From Kiritimatiella glycovorans (GTDB taxonomy: Bacteria; Verrucomicrobiota; Kiritimatiellia; Kiritimatiellales; Kiritimatiellaceae), in the NCBI RefSeq assembly GCF_001017655.1, contig NZ_CP010904.1, forward strand, positions 2,490,001-2,522,000: a stretch of 32,000 nucleotides of DNA, read 5' to 3'. Both the position numbers and the translations under genes were made by a program. Numbering within the stretch: the stretch's first letter is position 1; the number at the start of each line of letters is the position of its first letter. Below the pieces are notes generated by a model. The model was given only the letters and a program-made list of their open reading frames with translations. It ran no database searches and had not been told where the DNA came from. Shown here in pieces: positions 7,757 through 14,908 of this stretch.

Positions 7757-10279
7757 ATGTTCCAGATAATACCCATGCCGCCATATATGGGGGAAGGGAG
7801 CATGAACGCTACACAACCGGCCAGCCGCGCCGATCTCCACGTGCACAGCCGTTACTCCGATCGTCCGAGCGAGTGGTTTCTGCGACGAATCGGGGCTCCG
7901 GAGAGTTTTTCCGAGCCGCGGACGGTGTACGACCGCTGCCGTGCGGCGGGGATGGACTTTGTCACCCTCACCGACCATAACTGCATCCGCGGCGCGCTGG
8001 AGATCGCCGACCTCCCGGGCACCTTTCTTTCGAGCGAGATCACGACCTATTTCCCGGAAAACGAATGTAAGATTCACATGGTCGTATCGGGCATTACCGA
8101 GCGGGATTTCGGCGAGATCCGGGAACTGCGCGCCAACATCTACGAGCTTCGCGATTTCCTGCGGCACAAAAACATAGTGCATACGGTCGCCCACCCGCTC
8201 TTCCGGGTAAACGACAAGCTGGACGTAGAGCTGTTCGAGAAGCTGATCCTGCTGTTCGACCGTTTCGAGACGATCAACGGCTCGCGCGACCCCCGCGCCT
8301 GCGATCTGGCCGCGGCGATCCTGCGCGCTCTGACCCCCGCCGACATGGAAGCCATGGCGGACCGGCACGGCATCACGCCCGTCGGGCTGGAACCGTGGAA
8401 CAAGGTCTTCACCGGCGGCAGCGACGACCACAGCGGGCTCTATATCGCCGGCGCGCACACGGTCACGCCGCATGCGTCCAACGTCTTCGATTTTCTTCAG
8501 TTTCTGCGTGAAGGGCAGCACGAACCCGGAGGGCGCGGCGGATCGAGCATCCGGCTGGCGAACAGCCTCTACAAGATCGCCTACTCGTACTACCGCTCGC
8601 GCTTCATGCCGGACCGCGGCGACGACCACTCGGTGGTCGGCAGCGTGCTGCGCCGGCTCTCCGGCGAGGCCCCTCCGCCGCCCGTCGCGGGCGGGGGCTG
8701 GAAGCAGGTCGCCGCCGCCCGGGTTACGCGCTTCTTCACCCGCCGCCGTCGCCGGCAGCTCGGGGAGGTCGAGCGGCTTATCGTGGACGAGTTCACCCGC
8801 GTACTCGAAGACCGGTCCTCGGCGGACGGGCTGGGCGGGGGGCGGCGCCACGAGGACAATGTTCACTTCTACGCCGTCTGCGAGATCAGCCAGCAGCTCG
8901 CCTTCCGGTTTATGACCAAGTTCGCGGACAAGATCCGGCAGGGCAACCTGATCGACAGCCTGCAGTCGCTCTCCTCGCTCGGGCCCGTGCTGCTCGGACT
9001 GGCCCCCTACTTCACCGCCTTCTCCTCGCAGCACAAGGACGAAGGCTTTCTGCGCGCCGTCGCCGATCGTTTCTCCGTCACCGACCCGGCCCGCGCACAG
9101 GGAGCACGCAGGGCTTGGGTCACCGATACGTTCGCCGACGTGAACGGCGTCAGCCACACCATCCGCACCCTCGCCGATCTCGCCTGCCGGCAGGACGAAT
9201 CGCTGACCGTGGTGACCTGCCTCGCCGATCCGCCGGATGCGGCCTTCCCGGTGAAGAACTTCAAGCCGGTCGGGGCCGTCGATCTCCCGGAATACGAATC
9301 GCAGTCCGTCAGCTTTCCGCCGTTCCTCGAATGTCTCGCGTGGTTCGAAGAGCAGCGCTTCGACGAAGTCATCATCTCCACGCCCGGAACGCTGGGCCTG
9401 TGCGCCCTGTGGGCCGCGGGCCTGCTCGGCATCCCGGTGCGCGGCATCTACCACACGGACTTCCCCCAGTACGTGCGGAACATGACCGAGGACGACGCGC
9501 TGGGCGAGATCACCTGGAAGTACATGCGCTGGTTCTACGGCGGGATGACCGCTGTCTACGCGCCCACGCACCAGTACCGTCGATCCCTGATGGAGGGCGG
9601 CTTCGAGGCCGACCGGCTCAAGGTGCTGCCCCGCGGCGTCAATCTGCACGATTTCAACCCGGAACGCCGCGACCCGGATTTCTGGCGGGAATGGGACACC
9701 GGCGACCGGTTCACTTTTCTCTACGTGGGACGCGTTTCCAGGGAGAAGAATCTGGATGTCATGCTGGAGGCCTTCCGCATGCTCTGCGACGAGGGCGCGG
9801 ACGCCGACCTGGCCGTCGTCGGCGACGGCCCCTTCGCCGGGGAACTGCGCCGGCGCTACCATGACTCCCGCATCGTCTTCACCGGCACGCTCACCGGCGA
9901 CCGGCTCTCCGCCGCCTACGCGAGCGCCGACGCCTTTGTGTTCCCCAGCCGCACCGACACCTTCGGCAACGCCGTGCTCGAAGCCCACGCCTCCGGGCTG
10001 CCCGCGATCGTATCCGACTGCGGCGGGCCGCAGGAGATCGTCGGCTCGCACCACTCCGGGATCATTGTCGACACCCACACCCCGGACGCCCTCGCGCAAT
10101 CCATGCGCACCCTGCTCCGCGATCGCGAGCTTTACGAAACGCTCCGCTCCGGCGCCCTCGCCCGCGCCCGCGACAGCCGGTGGGAACAGGCCCTGAGCCT
10201 GCTACTCGAACGGGATGCAGAGAACCCTGCGAAACGGCCGGAATCGAGACCACAGCCGTCCTGCGCGAAATTCGGGTGA
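7757..10279 (+). CDS. PHP-domain phosphoesterase fused to GT4-family (GT-B) glycosyltransferase
   Basis: The N-terminus, ADLHVHSRYSDRPSEW...FVTLTDHN...HMVV, resembles a PHP metal-binding domain. The C-terminal ~380 aa is a glycosyl transferase group 1 domain (FTFLYVGRVSREKNLD, FVFPSRTDTFGNAVLEAHASGLPAIVSDCGGPQEIV, with the E-x7-E motif). Alternative starts are at 7787 and 7802; the latter is preceded by GAAGGGAG. Confidence 0.75.
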   Translation: MFQIIPMPPYMGEGSMNATQPASRADLHVHSRYSDRPSEWFLRRIGAPESFSEPRTVYDRCRAAGMDFVTLTDHNCIRGALEIADLPGTFLSSEITTYFPENECKIHMVVSGITERDFGEIRELRANIYELRDFLRHKNIVHTVAHPLFRVNDKLDVELFEKLILLFDRFETINGSRDPRACDLAAAILRALTPADMEAMADRHGITPVGLEPWNKVFTGGSDDHSGLYIAGAHTVTPHASNVFDFLQFLREGQHEPGGRGGSSIRLANSLYKIAYSYYRSRFMPDRGDDHSVVGSVLRRLSGEAPPPPVAGGGWKQVAAARVTRFFTRRRRRQLGEVERLIVDEFTRVLEDRSSADGLGGGRRHEDNVHFYAVCEISQQLAFRFMTKFADKIRQGNLIDSLQSLSSLGPVLLGLAPYFTAFSSQHKDEGFLRAVADRFSVTDPARAQGARRAWVTDTFADVNGVSHTIRTLADLACRQDESLTVVTCLADPPDAAFPVKNFKPVGAVDLPEYESQSVSFPPFLECLAWFEEQRFDEVIISTPGTLGLCALWAAGLLGIPVRGIYHTDFPQYVRNMTEDDALGEITWKYMRWFYGGMTAVYAPTHQYRRSLMEGGFEADRLKVLPRGVNLHDFNPERRDPDFWREWDTGDRFTFLYVGRVSREKNLDVMLEAFRMLCDEGADADLAVVGDGPFAGELRRRYHDSRIVFTGTLTGDRLSAAYASADAFVFPSRTDTFGNAVLEAHASGLPAIVSDCGGPQEIVGSHHSGIIVDTHTPDALAQSMRTLLRDRELYETLRSGALARARDSRWEQALSLLLERDAENPAKRPESRPQPSCAKFG

Positions 10280-10380
10280 TCGGGGAAATCGGGGGAGATC
10301 GTGGCAGTCGGGGAAAACCGTGGCAATCGGGGGGAAATCGTGGCAACGGCCCAAGGGCCTCGTGGCAGTCGGGGGGAAGG

Positions 10381-10784
10381 TCGTGGCAATCGGGGGAAAT
10401 GTCGTTTCCTCGAGCGCAGCGTTTCCTCGAGGCCGAAGGCCGTTTCCACGAGCGCAGCGTTGTCCCGAGGCCGAAGGCCGTTTCCACGTTCCCTCGAGGC
10501 CGAAGGCCGTTTCCTCGAGGCGCGTAGCGCCGTTTTCACGTTCCCCCGAGGCGCGCAGCGCCGTTGGCACGAGCGGAGAAATTCGTGGCAATCGGGGGGA
10601 AACCGTGGCAACGGCCCTTACGGGCCTCGTGGCAATCGGGGGGAAGGTCGTTGCCCCGAGCGTAGCGTTTCCCCGAGGCGCGCAGCGCCGTTTCCACGTT
10701 CCCTCGAGCGTAGCGTGGAAGATCGTGGCAATCGGGGGAGATCGTGGCAACGGCCCAAGGGCCTCGTGGCAGTCGGGAGGAGAG
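10381..10784. repeat. higher-order repeat copy 1 (404 bp)
   Basis: Manual base-by-base alignment with 10785-11188 gives 402/404 identical. The differences are at 10711 (T, versus C at 11115) and 10719 (A, versus G at 11123). Confidence 0.95.
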
Positions 10785-11188
10785 TCGTGGCAATCGGGGG
10801 AAATGTCGTTTCCTCGAGCGCAGCGTTTCCTCGAGGCCGAAGGCCGTTTCCACGAGCGCAGCGTTGTCCCGAGGCCGAAGGCCGTTTCCACGTTCCCTCG
10901 AGGCCGAAGGCCGTTTCCTCGAGGCGCGTAGCGCCGTTTTCACGTTCCCCCGAGGCGCGCAGCGCCGTTGGCACGAGCGGAGAAATTCGTGGCAATCGGG
11001 GGGAAACCGTGGCAACGGCCCTTACGGGCCTCGTGGCAATCGGGGGGAAGGTCGTTGCCCCGAGCGTAGCGTTTCCCCGAGGCGCGCAGCGCCGTTTCCA
11101 CGTTCCCTCGAGCGCAGCGTGGGAGATCGTGGCAATCGGGGGAGATCGTGGCAACGGCCCAAGGGCCTCGTGGCAGTCGGGAGGAGAG
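10785..11188. repeat. higher-order repeat copy 2 (404 bp)
   Basis: See copy 1. The period is exactly 404 bp. Confidence 0.95.
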
Positions 11189-11364
11189 TCGTGGCAATCG
11201 GGGGAAATGTCGTTTCCTCGAGCGCAGCGTTTCCTCGAGGCCGAAGGCCGTTTCCTCGAGGCCGAAGGCCGTTTCCACGAGCGCAGCGTTGTCCCGAGGC
11301 CGAAGGCCGTTTCCACGTTCCCTCGAGGCCGAAGGCCGTTTCCTCGAGGCGCGTAGCGCCGTTT
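11189..11364. repeat. higher-order repeat copy 3 (partial, rearranged)
   Basis: It starts identically to copies 1 and 2. It carries one extra 21-bp unit (TCGAGGCCGAAGGCCGTTTCC) and stays colinear to about 11364. Beyond that the same unit types appear in a different order up to about 11780. Confidence 0.85.
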
Positions 11365-11835
11365 CCACGAGCGCAGCGTTCTTCTCATCGTGGCAACGGC
11401 CCAAGGGCCTCGTGGCAGGCGGGGGGAATGTCGTTCCCTCGAGCGTAGCGTTTCCTCGAGGCCGAAGGCCGTTTCCTCGAGGCGCGTAGCGCCGTTGCCC
11501 CGAGGCGCGCAGCGCCGTTTCCACGTTCCCTCGAGCGCAGCGTGGAAGATCGTGGCAATCGGGGGAGATCGTGGCAACGGCCCTTACGGGCCTCGTGGCA
11601 ATCGGGGGAAATGTCGTTTCCTCGAGCGCAGCGTTTCCTCGAGGCGCGCAGCGCCGTTTTCACGTTCCCCCGAGGCCGAAGGCCGTTTCCCCCGAGGCGC
11701 GCAGCGCCGTTGGCACGAGCGAAGCGTTGCCACGTCCCCCTCCCCCGAGGCGCGCAGCGCCGTTTTCACGTTCCCCCTCTCCCCCCGACCCAAAAACGCT
11801 TCCCCGCCTCTACGCAATCCTTCATACTTCCGGCC

Positions 11836-13104
11836 ATGAACCTCAACGTCGGATTCGTGTCCACCCGCTTCGCCGGCACCGACGGCGTTTCGCTCGAGAG
11901 CGCCAAGTGGGCGCGTGTGCTCGAATCCTACGGCCACCGGATCTTCTGGTACGCGGGACGGATCGACCGCGAGCCGGCGGTCAGCCACTGCGTGCCCGAG
12001 GCGCACTTCGAGCACCCGGAGACGGTCTGGTTCGAGCCGAGGCTCTGGGGACACACCGAACGTGATCCGCTGGTCAGTGAACGGCTGCGCGACGCGGCCG
12101 CCTATCTCAAAGCCACGCTCTACGACTTCCGGCGACGATTCGATCTTCAGGTCCTGATCGCGGAGAACGCGCTTACCATACCCATGCACGTGCCGCTGGG
12201 TATCGCACTCACGGAATTTCTCGCCGAGACGCGCATGCCCGCCGTCGCCCACCACCACGACTTCTACTGGGAACGGATGCGCTTCTCGGTCAACTGCATC
12301 TCCGACTACCTCGATTCCGTCTTCCCTCCGCGCGACCCCCAGATCCAGCATGTCGTGATCAATCAGGCCGCGCGCGAAGAGCTTTCGTGGCGGCGCGGTC
12401 TTTCTTCGCAGCTCATCCCGAACGTCTTCGACTTCGAGCGTCCGCCCCCCGAACCCGACGAGTTCACGCAGAACGTCCGGCAGGACCTCGGGTTTTCGGA
12501 CGAGGACATCCTTATCCTGCAGCCGACGCGCATCGTCCCGCGCAAGGGCATCGAACACGCCATCCAGCTCGTCGAGCAGCTCGGAGATCCGCGCTGCAAA
12601 CTGATCATCTCGCACGAAGCCGGCGACGAGGGCTTCGAGTACCGTCATATTCTTGCCGAGATGGCGCACGAAGCGGGCGTCGACCTGCACTTCATCTCGA
12701 CCCGCATCAGCGAGATGCGTCATGTCACGGAGGAGGGCAAGAAGGTCTACACGCTCTGGGACCTCTATCCGCACGTCGAGTTCGTCACCTACCCCAGCCT
12801 CTACGAAGGGTTCGGCAACGCCTTCCTCGAAGCCGTCTATTTCAAACTCCCGATCCTGATCAACCGCTACGCGATCTTCGCGCGCGATATCGAGCCCAAG
12901 GGGTTTCGCGTCCCGACCATGGAGGGCTACCTGACGCGGCATGTACTGCGCGAAGTTAAGCGGCTTCTCGAGGATCTCGACTACCGCCGGCAGGTCGTCG
13001 AACACAACTACGCCGTCGCCCGGCGATTCTTCAGCTACGCCGAACTGCGCCGCTGTCTGCGGATGCTGATCACCAACATCACCGGCACGGAGGACGACGC
13101 ATGA
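11836..13104 (+). CDS. GT4-like (GT-B fold) glycosyltransferase
   Basis: The track ORF 11542-13104 begins inside the repeat array. The first ATG past the array is 11836 (MNLNVGFVSTRFAGTDGVSLESAKW...). The C-terminal half has a retaining GT-B signature (ILILQPTRIVPRKGIEHAI..., FVTYPSLYEGFGNAFLEAVYFKLPILINRY, with E-x7-E). The stop overlaps the next gene's ATG. Confidence 0.72.
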   Translation: MNLNVGFVSTRFAGTDGVSLESAKWARVLESYGHRIFWYAGRIDREPAVSHCVPEAHFEHPETVWFEPRLWGHTERDPLVSERLRDAAAYLKATLYDFRRRFDLQVLIAENALTIPMHVPLGIALTEFLAETRMPAVAHHHDFYWERMRFSVNCISDYLDSVFPPRDPQIQHVVINQAAREELSWRRGLSSQLIPNVFDFERPPPEPDEFTQNVRQDLGFSDEDILILQPTRIVPRKGIEHAIQLVEQLGDPRCKLIISHEAGDEGFEYRHILAEMAHEAGVDLHFISTRISEMRHVTEEGKKVYTLWDLYPHVEFVTYPSLYEGFGNAFLEAVYFKLPILINRYAIFARDIEPKGFRVPTMEGYLTRHVLREVKRLLEDLDYRRQVVEHNYAVARRFFSYAELRRCLRMLITNITGTEDDA

Positions 13105-14846
13105 TCAAGTCACTGTGCACCGCGACCATGCTGCGCATGCGGCAGCGATTCAACCGCCTCTACGGGCCGGCGCGCGCCGACCACTGTCTGGAGCGTATCG
13201 CGGCGATGGTCGGGCGTTACGGCGTGGGCTACGGCATCCCCCCGGCCTCCCGGGAGCGCTGGAGCGAACGCACGAGCGTGCTGATCACGTACGCCGACAC
13301 GGTGCGGCGCGCCGACGAAGCCCCGCTGAAAACGCTGAAGCACTTTCTCGACCGCCACCTGCGGGAAGCGATCGACACCGTACACGTCCTCCCGTTCTTT
13401 CCCTATTCCTCCGACGACGGCTTTTCGATCACCGATTACCGCGCGGTCCACCGCGATCACGGGGACTGGGGAGACCTCCGCGCCCTGGGCCGCGACTACG
13501 GACTGATGTTCGATCTGGTGCTCAACCACGTATCACGGAAGAGCGAGTGGTTCCGCGACTACCGCAACGGGGTGGCGCCCCTTCGCGAGTTCTTCATCGA
13601 GAGCGATCCGGACGCCGACCTGAGCGCCGTGGTCCGCCCGCGCAGCAAGCCCCTGCTGCACCCGGTAAAGACCGTGGACGGAGAAAAGCATGTCTGGACC
13701 ACCTTCAGCGAAGACCAGATCGACCTCGACTTCTCCAACCCCGACGTCCTGTTCGAATTCCTCGACCTCGTGCTCTTCTACCTCTCGCAGGGCGCGCGCA
13801 TCCTGCGCCTGGACGCGATCGCCTACCTCTGGAAAGTGCCCGGCACGCCCTGCATCCATCTCCCGCAGACGCACGCGACCGTCAAACTGATCCGGGACCT
13901 GCTCGACATGGTCGCACCGGAAGCGCTGATCCTCACGGAGACGAACGTCCCGCACGAGGAGAACCTCTCGTATTTCGGGGACGGCGACGAGGCGCACATG
14001 GTCTACCAGTTCAGCCTCCCGCCGCTCCTGCTCCACGCCCTCCGCCGCGAGACGGGGAAACACCTCACCGCCTGGGCGGCGGGTCTGCCCGAGCTGCCGG
14101 AGGGACAGACGTTCTTCAATTTCACGGCGTCGCACGACGGAATCGGCCTCCGCCCGCTGCAGGGGCTGCTCGACGACGCCGAACTCGCGTTGCTGGTCGA
14201 CGACATCCGCCGGCTGGGCGGCCACGTATCCACCCGCCGACGGGAGGACGGTACGGACAGCCCCTACGAACTGAACATCGCGCTCTACGACGCGCTCGGC
14301 GACCCGGACCGGCCCGACGAAGAGGCCCAGATCCGGGCCTTTCTCTGTGCGCAGACCCTCCCGCTCGCCCTGCGCGGCGTGCCGGCCCTCTATTTCCACA
14401 GCTTCACCGCCACCCGCAACTATACCGAAGGCGTCGAAGCCACCGGGCGCGCGCGCACCATCAACCGCTATCGCTGGGACGAGGACGATCTCACCGAACG
14501 GCTTGCCGACCCGCGTTCACGCACCACGCGCGTGCTCGATGAACTGCGCCGTCGCCTCAAGCTGCGCGCCCGCCAGCCCGCCTTCCACCCCGACTCGCCG
14601 CAGCGCGTCGTGGATCTGGGCCCCGAATGCTTCGCACTCGTGCGCGGTCCCTTCGGGAAGGGCCCGCCCGTCGCCGCCCTGTCCAACCTCACCGCCCGGA
14701 CGATTACCGTGCGGCTCGATCCCGCCGTCCCGGAACTCAACGGCCCCCGGCCCTGCGTCGATCTGCTCAGCGGAACCCGCTTCAGCGGCAGTGCCAAAGA
14801 AATCGAACTCGCCCCGCGCCAGACCGTCTGGCTCGCCCGCAGGTAA
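13101..14846 (+). CDS. GH13_18 sucrose-phosphorylase-family glycoside phosphorylase (exact glucoside specificity unknown)
   Basis: Family signatures are present: VHVLPFFPYSSDDGFSITDY, MFDLVLNHVS, ARILRLDAIAYLWK (nucleophile Asp), LILTETNVPHEEN (acid/base Glu) and FTASHDGIGLRP. The N-terminal helical extension is typical of the non-sucrose members of this subfamily. Confidence 0.85.
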   Translation: MIKSLCTATMLRMRQRFNRLYGPARADHCLERIAAMVGRYGVGYGIPPASRERWSERTSVLITYADTVRRADEAPLKTLKHFLDRHLREAIDTVHVLPFFPYSSDDGFSITDYRAVHRDHGDWGDLRALGRDYGLMFDLVLNHVSRKSEWFRDYRNGVAPLREFFIESDPDADLSAVVRPRSKPLLHPVKTVDGEKHVWTTFSEDQIDLDFSNPDVLFEFLDLVLFYLSQGARILRLDAIAYLWKVPGTPCIHLPQTHATVKLIRDLLDMVAPEALILTETNVPHEENLSYFGDGDEAHMVYQFSLPPLLLHALRRETGKHLTAWAAGLPELPEGQTFFNFTASHDGIGLRPLQGLLDDAELALLVDDIRRLGGHVSTRRREDGTDSPYELNIALYDALGDPDRPDEEAQIRAFLCAQTLPLALRGVPALYFHSFTATRNYTEGVEATGRARTINRYRWDEDDLTERLADPRSRTTRVLDELRRRLKLRARQPAFHPDSPQRVVDLGPECFALVRGPFGKGPPVAALSNLTARTITVRLDPAVPELNGPRPCVDLLSGTRFSGSAKEIELAPRQTVWLARR

Positions 14847-14908
14847 CCCCGACGCAAAAAGCGGGAGCCGGCGTTCCAGCCGCTCTGCCGGGGACAACAT
14901 GCCCCCCG

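Larger units (their letters stand above)
10272..11780. repeat. complex tandem array of 17-24 bp hairpin-bearing units (non-coding)
   Basis: The entire spacer between stop 10279 and start 11836 is tiled by abutting units. Class 1 units are CGTTTCC/CGTTGCC/CGTTGGC + N + CGAG + a mini-palindrome. The palindromes are GGCC-GAA-GGCC, GGCGC-GCA-GCGCC, GGCGC-GTA-GCGCC, GC-GCA-GC, GC-GTA-GC and GC-GAA-GC. Class 2 units are CGTGGCA(A/G)TCGGGGG(G)RRR. They occur alongside GGCCC-AA-GGGCC and GGCCC-TTAC-GGGCC palindromes. CTCGAG recurs about 5 times per 404 bp. Confidence 0.95.

Noticed and set aside
312-10099. Very long antisense ORFs opposite tilS, ftsH, folP, cdaA, cdaR and the PHP::GT4 gene (312-1619 -, 1702-4077 -, 3758-5737 -, 5131-6486 -, 7715-10099 -)
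   Set aside because: These are shadow ORFs typical of high-GC DNA. Their translations are low-complexity and R/A/G/P-rich with no motifs. The sense-strand genes all have strong family signatures.
10560-11735. Sigma-54 promoter-like TGGCAC / TTGC motifs within the array
   Set aside because: The spacing between TGGCA(C) and TTGC elements is 10-16 nt, not the required ~5 nt (GG-N10-GC). The motifs are simply part of the repeat units.
10272-11780. CRISPR array interpretation of the repeat region
   Set aside because: There is no alternation of a fixed-length repeat with unique spacers. Units abut directly, vary in length from 17 to 24 bp, and draw on only a handful of hairpin variants. The 404-bp higher-order periodicity is satellite-like. 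No cas genes or leader are present in the window.
10202-11839. Multiple long Arg/Gly/Pro-rich ORFs across the repeat array on both strands (e.g. 10301-11356 +, 10618-11577 -, 10215-10931 +, 10940-11524 -), and the 5' extension of the GT ORF (11542-11835)
   Set aside because: The region is open in several frames on both strands at once, simply because the repeat units lack stop triplets in those frames. The 'proteins' are periodic translations of the DNA repeat. None has a convincing start context or any recognisable domain.
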